DNA of 64,000 nucleotides from a virus (Duplodnaviria; Caudoviricetes): IMG/VR virus record IMGVR_UViG_3300014208_000024, positions 128,001 to 192,000 of that record; one strand, 5' to 3'. Shown piece by piece: positions 56,791 to 64,000 of this stretch (position 1 is its first letter; each line of letters starts with the position of its first letter). The notes under the pieces were generated by a model. It saw only the letters and a program-made list of their open reading frames with translations, ran no database searches and was not told where the DNA came from. The position numbers and the translations under genes were made by a program.

Positions 56791-57825
56791 ATGAAAATAG
56801 CAATAATTGGTGCAGGATTTTATGGTTGTTTTTTAGCAAAAGAATTTTTAAAAAACAACATTGTACATATATATGAAAAGGAATGTGAAATTTTCCCAAA
56901 GCAATCGGCAATACTTAACAATCAGCATAGACTACATAATGGATTTCATTATCCACGATCTTTCGAAACAATTGAACAAGCTATAAGATGTTATATCCCA
57001 TTTTTCGACGAATTTAAAAAATATTGTTATATACCAAACAATAATATTTATTTAATACACAAAAATTCAAAAGTCAACTTTGATGAATATTTAAAAATTT
57101 ATAAAAATTATAATATTTGCTTTGAAGAAATAAATTTAGATAAAATAAAAAAATTAAAAAATAAGGAACAATTTGATGGTGCAATAAGAGTTGGTGAGGG
57201 AATTATAGATACTCATGAGATAAAAAAGTTTTTTGAAAAAATAATATATAAAAACAGTAATTTGAAAATATTTTTTAATAAAACAATAAATGAGTGTGAT
57301 ATCGAAAAAATGAAAGATCAATATGATGTTTTATTAAATTGTTCTTATAATCATTGTAATATAGGATTGAAAAAAAAATTTAATATAAAACACGAACTTT
57401 GTTCTTTATTATTAATTAAAAATTTTTCCAGCAAAAACGATGCATACACAATAATGGATGGAGAATTTGTTTCTATATATCCGACTTTGTTAAATTATCA
57501 CACAATATCATCAGTAACAGAAACTCCTTTTTTAAAATCAAAAAGCGTTGATATAAAAATGACATATCAAGATTTATACAATCACTATATTGAGCATAAT
57601 GTTAAAGAACGCATAATTGAACATACTAAAAAATTTATAGAATTTAAAGAAGATGATGTGTTTGGACAATACTTAACAATAAAAACAAAATTTAATAATG
57701 ACGTTAAAGACAGAAGACGAAATACTCTTATAAAAACTGAAGACAATTACTCAAGTGTATTGTGTGGTAAAATATCTGCGGTTTATGATGTTTTAAGTGA
57801 AATAAAAAAACAATTTAATTTATAA
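56791..57825 (+). CDS. FAD-dependent oxidoreductase
   Basis: IAIIGAGFYG, NQHRLHNGFHYPRS, IMDGEF, GKI. Confidence 0.85.
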   Translation: MKIAIIGAGFYGCFLAKEFLKNNIVHIYEKECEIFPKQSAILNNQHRLHNGFHYPRSFETIEQAIRCYIPFFDEFKKYCYIPNNNIYLIHKNSKVNFDEYLKIYKNYNICFEEINLDKIKKLKNKEQFDGAIRVGEGIIDTHEIKKFFEKIIYKNSNLKIFFNKTINECDIEKMKDQYDVLLNCSYNHCNIGLKKKFNIKHELCSLLLIKNFSSKNDAYTIMDGEFVSIYPTLLNYHTISSVTETPFLKSKSVDIKMTYQDLYNHYIEHNVKERIIEHTKKFIEFKEDDVFGQYLTIKTKFNNDVKDRRRNTLIKTEDNYSSVLCGKISAVYDVLSEIKKQFNL

Positions 57826-57826
57826 A

Positions 57827-58576
57827 ATGGATACTTTAATAGGACATACGGGGTTTATTGGAAAAAACTTTTCTAAAAGATCGAGTTTTAATTTATATAA
57901 CTCAAAGAACATTCACATGTTGTCAGAAAAGCAACATAATGTTATTTTTTGCGCAGCTCCAAGTGCAGAAAAATGGAAAATAAATGTTTCTCCAGAAGAA
58001 GATTTAAATAATATAAATACAATTTTATTAAATCTTAAATCTTCAAGTTTTAAAAAAATAGTATTGTTTTCAACCATAGATGTGTATGATAACACAGTAA
58101 ATTTTGATGAAAGTCATGAGATTTTATCTTGTAATCACAATTATGGTAAAAACAGATTATATTTTGAAAAAGAAATAAAAAAATTTCCAAACTGGATTAT
58201 TATTAGATTACCAGGACTATTTGGAAATGAACTTAAAAAAAATGTAATATTTGATTTGTTAAACGATAACATTTTAGGAAAAATAAATTTAAACGACAGA
58301 TACCAGTGGTATTTTATAGATTGGCTTTTTAATGATGTACAGCTTATTATAAACTCAAAAAATAAAATTTTTAACTTTTTTACAGAACCTGTTGAAAACG
58401 AGATTATAATAAACGATTTTTTTCCATTTCATGACAAATCTTTTTTTATAAAATCTATTCCTTTTAAAAATTATGATTTAAAAACATTAAATAAACAAGG
58501 TGGGTATTTTAAAACAAAACAAGAAGTTCTAGAAAAATTAAATTTATATATAGAAAATGAAAAATCAAAAAAATAA
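57827..58576 (+). CDS. NAD-dependent epimerase/reductase (RmlD-like SDR)
   Basis: LIGHTGFIG, FSTIDVY, YGKNR, IRLPGLFG..LKKN. Confidence 0.8.
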   Translation: MDTLIGHTGFIGKNFSKRSSFNLYNSKNIHMLSEKQHNVIFCAAPSAEKWKINVSPEEDLNNINTILLNLKSSSFKKIVLFSTIDVYDNTVNFDESHEILSCNHNYGKNRLYFEKEIKKFPNWIIIRLPGLFGNELKKNVIFDLLNDNILGKINLNDRYQWYFIDWLFNDVQLIINSKNKIFNFFTEPVENEIIINDFFPFHDKSFFIKSIPFKNYDLKTLNKQGGYFKTKQEVLEKLNLYIENEKSKK

Positions 58577-59318
58577 TTTTGGCATATCCAATTTAGCATG
58601 GGATTATAAAAAAAACAAAGAGGTTTTTGAAATTCTTAAATCTTTTAATGTTAAAAATATAGAAGTTGCTCCAACAAAAATTTGTGACTGGGAAAGCGAC
58701 AGTTTTTTTGAGTCTTTGAAAAAATATAAAAAAGAACTCGAAAGTTACGAACTAAGAGTGTGCGGTCTTCAATCGATTTTTTTCAATAAAAACATAAATT
58801 TATTTAAAGAAAATAAAGAGTTTATTAAACATTTTGTTTTAATTATAGATGTGTGTAGACTTTTTAATGCAAAATATATTGTATATGGATCTCCTAAAAC
58901 CAGAAAAATTTCACAAGATGACGACATAAATATATTTATTAACACATTTATTGAATTATCTGAAATTGCTAATGAAATTGACATTTGTATAGAACCAAAT
59001 CCAAAAGAGTATGGGTGCAATTTTATTACAAATATGAAAGAGTGTGAAGAAGTTTTAAAAAAAATTAATAAGTCAAACATTAAATCACACATAGATCTAT
59101 CTTCAATAATTTTAAACAATGAAAATGTTAAAAGTTTTAATTGTGATTTTTACAAAACAGCGCATATATCAAACCCCTATTTAAAAACAATATCAAAAGA
59201 TTTTGATAATTTATATAATGATTTATTTAGTTTAAATTTAAATTTTATTACACTAGAAACAATAGGGGATAATGTTGAAGTTCTGAAAGAACAATTAGAA
59301 ATTTTAAAATTAAAATAA
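58557..59318 (+). CDS. Sugar-phosphate isomerase/epimerase (xylose-isomerase-like TIM barrel)
   Basis: GISNLAW, IEVAPTK, GLQSIFF, VYGSPK.R, CIEPNP..YG.NF. Confidence 0.8.
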   Translation: MKNQKNNFGISNLAWDYKKNKEVFEILKSFNVKNIEVAPTKICDWESDSFFESLKKYKKELESYELRVCGLQSIFFNKNINLFKENKEFIKHFVLIIDVCRLFNAKYIVYGSPKTRKISQDDDINIFINTFIELSEIANEIDICIEPNPKEYGCNFITNMKECEEVLKKINKSNIKSHIDLSSIILNNENVKSFNCDFYKTAHISNPYLKTISKDFDNLYNDLFSLNLNFITLETIGDNVEVLKEQLEILKLK

Positions 59319-59319
59319 A

Positions 59320-60309
59320 ATGGTAAAAATTTATACAGCAGCACACAAGAGGTGTGATTTTATTACAATGCAATATAATTCGATAAAAAAACACGTTAAG
59401 GGTGGATTTGAATACATCGTGTTAAACAATGCTATCGATTGTCAATCTCAGTCTCAACAAATATATAAAGTGTGTAAAGAACTTGGGGTAAAATGTTTGA
59501 TGGTAGAAAAGTGTTCACAACTAAATGTTGATTTTGGAAAAATATTTAAAAACAACGGATATTCAGACGCAAGTAATGCATTATACTATCCAGTGACCTG
59601 GGCGTTCCAAAAAATAATGCAAGATAATGATAAAATATGTTTTATTGATTCTGATATGTTTTTTACAAGAGACATCAATCTCTCAAGCATAATGGATGAT
59701 TCAGAGTTTATTTTTTTCCCACAGTATAGAAATGGATTTTTATACATTACTCCAGCACTAATTTGTATAGACACAAATAAAGTTAAAAACTTTAGAGAAT
59801 TAGATTGGGGATTTTATTATAGCCAAGGCGTTTCTACTGATGTTGGTGGAAAAACTAATGAGTTTTTAAAAAACAACGAAAAAATAAATAAAAAATACCT
59901 TGAACAATATACTCTTTATGATATTGTAATGGATAAAGAATTAGTAAAAGTTCATTTTATAATCAACGGAAATATTAATTATGAAATTATAGAAAACTAT
60001 CTTAAAAATGAATTGATCTCAATAAAACACATAAATGGACAAATTCCAATAAGTGAAAAAAAGTCTTTTATTCACCAAATTGAAAATGATAATTATCCAC
60101 AAAAAATATATTCAGAATACTTAAAAATAAAAAAATATATTGATGTAGAAAATTTACCAAAGCCCCTACAATTAGGATTTGTCAAAATAATGGATGATGA
60201 AGAATTTTTTATATTACATTACACAATAGGGTCTAATTATGCAAACTATTGTACAGATGTGTACAACGATGCAAAAACAAAAATCACAAATAAAATATTA
60301 AATTTATAA
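59320..60309 (+). CDS. Putative GT-A glycosyltransferase
   Basis: CFIDSDMFF, TDVGG, LHY..GSN. Confidence 0.6.
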   Translation: MVKIYTAAHKRCDFITMQYNSIKKHVKGGFEYIVLNNAIDCQSQSQQIYKVCKELGVKCLMVEKCSQLNVDFGKIFKNNGYSDASNALYYPVTWAFQKIMQDNDKICFIDSDMFFTRDINLSSIMDDSEFIFFPQYRNGFLYITPALICIDTNKVKNFRELDWGFYYSQGVSTDVGGKTNEFLKNNEKINKKYLEQYTLYDIVMDKELVKVHFIINGNINYEIIENYLKNELISIKHINGQIPISEKKSFIHQIENDNYPQKIYSEYLKIKKYIDVENLPKPLQLGFVKIMDDEEFFILHYTIGSNYANYCTDVYNDAKTKITNKILNL

Positions 60310-60358
60310 TATTTGTTTTTTTATAAAAAATTTATTATATTTAACTAAAAATAAAATT

Positions 60359-60979
60359 ATGCAAAAACAATCAATTAGGCAATTAATCAATTCAGCATCA
60401 CCTGTAATATTTGAAATAGGTGCAGCAAACGGAGAAGATACTTTAGAATTTATAAACACATTTAATGATTTAAATTTTAAAATGTACTGTTTTGAACCTG
60501 ATCTAAGGAACATAGATGCTTTTAAAAAAAGAATAAATGATCCAAGAGTTAAGTTGTTTGAAATGGCCGTCGGTGATAAAGATGGAAGGGCAATTTTTAA
60601 CCAATCTGCTGATATTTATAATTTATCTTCTTCTTTAAAAAAGCCAAATATGGTTAATATGAAGGCAACGTGGCCACTAATGGAATTTGATAAAACATAT
60701 GAGGTGGATGTTATTACAATAGATACATTTTTACAACAACAAAATATTCCCTTGGTTGATTTTATATGGGCAGATGTTCAAGGTGCGGAAGATCTTATGA
60801 TAAATGGTGCAAAAAACAGTTTGATTGACAAAATAAGATTCCTTTTTACAGAATATAGTGATGTGGAATATTACGAAAATGAACCAAACTTAAATGAAAT
60901 AAAAAGACTTATGGGTGATACTTGGGATATTATACAAATTTTTAGAGCAGATGTTTTGTTAAAAAATAGAAATTTATAA
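60359..60979 (+). CDS. FkbM-family methyltransferase
   Basis: FEIGAANGED, CFEPD, TIDTF, IWADVQGAE, YYENEP. Confidence 0.88.
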   Translation: MQKQSIRQLINSASPVIFEIGAANGEDTLEFINTFNDLNFKMYCFEPDLRNIDAFKKRINDPRVKLFEMAVGDKDGRAIFNQSADIYNLSSSLKKPNMVNMKATWPLMEFDKTYEVDVITIDTFLQQQNIPLVDFIWADVQGAEDLMINGAKNSLIDKIRFLFTEYSDVEYYENEPNLNEIKRLMGDTWDIIQIFRADVLLKNRNL

Positions 60980-60983
60980 ATAC

Positions 60984-61781
60984 ATGGAAACAAACGATTG
61001 TAATATTGGATGGGAAAAGTGTCCTAAAGATAAGCTGGAAAATTATCTACAAAAGTGTACATTGTTTTCAAATAATGATGAATTTTTTAAAAATTTTAGA
61101 AGAGATTCGGATTATGAAGTTATCACTGGAGATGGGGGAGAAATTCTTGGTAAAATGTACATAGAAAACATAAAAGAAAAAAATGAATTTGGCTTTCTTC
61201 TGGATAACATAAGTTTATTTAAAGAAAATGACTTAATTGGAAATCCAAGAATTTTTGAATATGAAAAAATTGGGAAAATATCTGGAGCAACACTTAGATA
61301 TGTAAGTAATTTAATAAACATTAAATCTTTATTGGGGAATTATAAACCAAAAAAAATAGTGGAAGTTGGTGCTGGATATGGAGGTTTATGTAAAATTATA
61401 AGTACGATTTATTGTTTTGATGAATATGTAATAATAGACTTACCACAAGTAATAAGTTTTTGTAAAAAATATATTGAAAAATTTGATGTTTTAAAAAATA
61501 AAATAAGATTTATTTCATCTGATGATGATGTAAAGGAAGAAAATATTGATTTGTTTATAAGTGATGCTGCGTTTTCAGAACTTAGTATAGAATATCAAAA
61601 TAAATATATAAATAATTTTATTAAAAATTCACAATACAGTTATGTTTCATTTAACACATGTCACATATTAAAATCAAAAGGTGAATGCCAAAATTTCTCA
61701 GACATATTACAAGAAACAAATTCAATAAATACCTTTATAGAAAATGACGGGAGATTAATTTATAATTTAAAAAAAATTTAA
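60984..61781 (+). CDS. Putative sugar O-methyltransferase
   Basis: IGNP..EY..IG.IS..TLRY, VEVGAGYGGL, IIDLP, AFSEL. Confidence 0.75.
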   Translation: METNDCNIGWEKCPKDKLENYLQKCTLFSNNDEFFKNFRRDSDYEVITGDGGEILGKMYIENIKEKNEFGFLLDNISLFKENDLIGNPRIFEYEKIGKISGATLRYVSNLINIKSLLGNYKPKKIVEVGAGYGGLCKIISTIYCFDEYVIIDLPQVISFCKKYIEKFDVLKNKIRFISSDDDVKEENIDLFISDAAFSELSIEYQNKYINNFIKNSQYSYVSFNTCHILKSKGECQNFSDILQETNSINTFIENDGRLIYNLKKI

Positions 61782-61782
61782 T

Positions 61783-62475
61783 ATGATATTATACAATAAA
61801 ACAAAATTTGATAAATTGAAATACAAATTTAGTTTATCAGAAACAATAGAAAGAAATTATTCTCAAGCATATCAAGATATGTTTGTTTTGTCAATGTTAA
61901 ATGGTAAAAAAAATGGAACCTATATTGAAATAGGTGCCATGGATGCTGTTTTTATAAATAACACATATTTGTTAGAGCGTGATTTTGGCTGGAAAGGTTT
62001 ATCTATAGACATAGATTCATCATCAAAATCTACATTTAATAATAATGGTAGAAAAAATGATTTTATTTTAGGAGACGCATTGTTAATTGATTATGAAAAA
62101 GTTTTTGAACAAAACGGATATCCTAAACAAATAGATTATTTGCAACTGGATATAGAACCACAATCTCAAACGTTAGCTTGTCTTAAAAAACTTCCTCACG
62201 ATAAATATCGTTTTTCTGTAATAACATTTGAGACAGATTTTTATGACAAAACCGTAGACCCAAAAGAATCTTTAAAAAACAGAGAAGAATCGAGAGAGTT
62301 TTTGTTGTCTAAAGGATATGAAATGGTTGTAGGAAACCTTGCAAATGTTAGCAAAGATGATCCGTTTGAAGATTGGTATATTGACCCAAGTATTGTAAGC
62401 AAAGAAATTGTTAAAATATTTAAGAATTCTTCGGAATACAATAACACATCAGAGTCTTTTATGTTAAATCTATAA
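61783..62475 (+). CDS. FkbM/Methyltransf_21-like methyltransferase
   Basis: YSQAYQD, YIEIGA, NTYLLE..FGWKGLSID, IDYLQLDIEP, ITFE, EDWY. Confidence 0.8.
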   Translation: MILYNKTKFDKLKYKFSLSETIERNYSQAYQDMFVLSMLNGKKNGTYIEIGAMDAVFINNTYLLERDFGWKGLSIDIDSSSKSTFNNNGRKNDFILGDALLIDYEKVFEQNGYPKQIDYLQLDIEPQSQTLACLKKLPHDKYRFSVITFETDFYDKTVDPKESLKNREESREFLLSKGYEMVVGNLANVSKDDPFEDWYIDPSIVSKEIVKIFKNSSEYNNTSESFMLNL

Positions 62476-62477
62476 GA

Positions 62478-63470
62478 ATGATAACTACAGAAATTTATAA
62501 CGGACAAGGGCTGGGAAATCAAATGTGGGCATATTCAATTACTAGAGTAATTGCTGATCACAATAATTGTAAATTCTCAATTTTATCAAAACACCAATTT
62601 AAAGGAAAAGATTTTATGGATATTGATTTTGGTGAAGAGTTAAAAAATTATCCTTCCCACGATGGCCCATCATCAGATCTACCAGATGGAATCGAACATC
62701 ATTATATAGAAAAAAAAGAAGTCCATGCTTCATTAAATAACAATGTTGATATTTCAAGAACTGACGAAAAAATTTTTACAATTCCAATCAACACTAAAAT
62801 AGATGGGAATTTACAATCTACAAAATATATTAAAGGTAGAAGAGAAAAGATTTTAAGTTGGTTTAAAATTAAAGACGAATATAAACAATATGTTCCTGAC
62901 GAAAATGTTTGTTTAATTCATTTAAGGTGTGGAGATTATTATGGACAAAGAGATGTTTTTTTACCAATTTCTTATTACACAAACGCTATGAACATCATAA
63001 AAAACATTAATCCAAATGTAAGATTTTGTTGTGTAACAGATCAACCAGAAATTGCTGTAAATTTTTTTGGCAATGTACAAATCACAGGTTCTTCTGTAAA
63101 TGGAAAAAAAGACACAAATATGGCATCTCATCACCTTGGTGGGGATTTGGGAGTAGATTTTTCATATCTTAAAAATGCTAAATATTTAATTATACCTAAT
63201 TCTAGTTTTTCCTGGTGGGCAGCTTATTTAAATACTTCTGCTAAAATAATTATAGCGCCAAAATATTGGGCAAGGTTTAATATTTCAAATGATTTTTGGT
63301 CTACTGGAGACATTATTACAGATGAGTTTATGTATATTGATAGACAAGGAAAAATGTTTTCTCCAAAAGAATGTTGGGAAGAAAAAGAAAATTTCGTTAA
63401 AAACAACGAAAACTTACATATAAGTATAAGAGATCAACATTATAAAAACATATGGAGACCAGCGCTATGA
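62478..63470 (+). CDS. GT11 (alpha-1,2-fucosyltransferase-like) glycosyltransferase
   Basis: GQGLGNQM, IHLRCGDY, IPNSSFSWWAAYL. Confidence 0.85.
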   Translation: MITTEIYNGQGLGNQMWAYSITRVIADHNNCKFSILSKHQFKGKDFMDIDFGEELKNYPSHDGPSSDLPDGIEHHYIEKKEVHASLNNNVDISRTDEKIFTIPINTKIDGNLQSTKYIKGRREKILSWFKIKDEYKQYVPDENVCLIHLRCGDYYGQRDVFLPISYYTNAMNIIKNINPNVRFCCVTDQPEIAVNFFGNVQITGSSVNGKKDTNMASHHLGGDLGVDFSYLKNAKYLIIPNSSFSWWAAYLNTSAKIIIAPKYWARFNISNDFWSTGDIITDEFMYIDRQGKMFSPKECWEEKENFVKNNENLHISIRDQHYKNIWRPAL

Positions 63471-64000
63471 AAATGTATTGTATAGTTGGAAAAAGTAGAG
63501 AAAGCCAAAATGTTTGTTATTCTTATAATCACATGTATCTACCTCTTGCAAAATATGGAAATTGTTACACAGGAGAGTTTCAAGAAAACACAACTCATGT
63601 TTTATTCATTGATGTTATACAAAATGTTGGAAAAATGAGAGGTGAGATTAACGAATTTAAAAAAAATGGTATAAAAATAATAGGAGTAACTTTTGATCCT
63701 GCAAATTTTGCAGACACAGATTGTTATATTGCAGAAAAACTTTTAGATAAACTTTTTCTTTTTGATAAACAATTTAAAAATCGCTTTGATTTTAATGTTT
63801 GTGTCTCTGATTTATTTTTAAACCAAGATTTATTTCCACCTTTATATGAAGGAGAACATAACGGGGTGTGTTATTTTGGACATCTTATAAAAGCGTATGA
63901 AAGAACTAATGAATATAATCTACCAGTAATTGAAGATTTCAGTAGTTATCCAGCACTTTATGAAAAAGTTCAAAAATATAATGGAGTTTGTGTATATGAT
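63467..64000 (+). CDS. Hypothetical protein (probably glycan-related), truncated at window edge
   Basis: ATG overlaps previous TGA (ATGA); hand translation MKMYCIVGKS... open for 178 codons to the window end. Confidence 0.7.
   Translation, partial: MKMYCIVGKSRESQNVCYSYNHMYLPLAKYGNCYTGEFQENTTHVLFIDVIQNVGKMRGEINEFKKNGIKIIGVTFDPANFADTDCYIAEKLLDKLFLFDKQFKNRFDFNVCVSDLFLNQDLFPPLYEGEHNGVCYFGHLIKAYERTNEYNLPVIEDFSSYPALYEKVQKYNGVCVYD

Noticed and set aside
1-64000. Stop-codon reassignment (TAG to Gln, as in Lak megaphages)
   Set aside because: All conserved genes (DnaE, MCP, sheath, terminase) are full length in code 11, and TAG serves as a real stop at 2300 and 45672.
1-64000. tRNA, tmRNA, rRNA or CRISPR array
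   Set aside because: No cloverleaf/T-loop signature, tmRNA ends or repeat-spacer periodicity seen by eye; the only sizeable non-coding gap is 31.5-31.9 kb. A tRNAscan run would be needed to exclude tRNAs fully.
50570-64000. Interpretation as host chromosome beyond a prophage boundary
   Set aside because: No integrase, att-like repeat, housekeeping or export genes, and no visible compositional shift at 50.5 kb; not fully excluded without the downstream sequence.

Overview
This 64 kb window is very AT-rich DNA from a jumbo/huge myovirus with a T4-like morphogenesis module, read in the standard genetic code. Positions 1-50.5 kb hold: two gp26-like baseplate hub genes, portal and large terminase (each split by an intein), several fibre genes, tail tube and sheath, neck genes, major capsid, scaffold and prohead protease. 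Mixed in are a DnaE polymerase, nucleotide and NAD-related enzymes (NT5C, RNase H fold, Tpt1-like ART, ADP-ribosylhydrolase, vWA, PhoH) and several free-standing nuclease genes. From 50.57 kb to the window end is an unbroken, co-oriented glycan-biosynthesis cluster of at least 16 genes. TTTG-N19-21-TAnnTTTG-type promoters point to a Bacteroidota host, and a TATTTATA motif precedes most structural genes. Best leads: (1) a GT2 whose N-terminus copies the tail-sheath N-terminal arm (IFVSPGxxxxExD), suggesting a virion-glycosylation system; (2) a promoter-driven, about 40% GC, multi-helix non-coding element between the neck and tail-terminator genes; (3) two unannotated paralogous ribbon-helix-helix micro-genes with an operator palindrome, coupled to a zinc-repeat nuclease; (4) an ADP-ribosyltransferase carrying a capsid-type leader. 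All family assignments come from motif recognition by eye; no database search was run.
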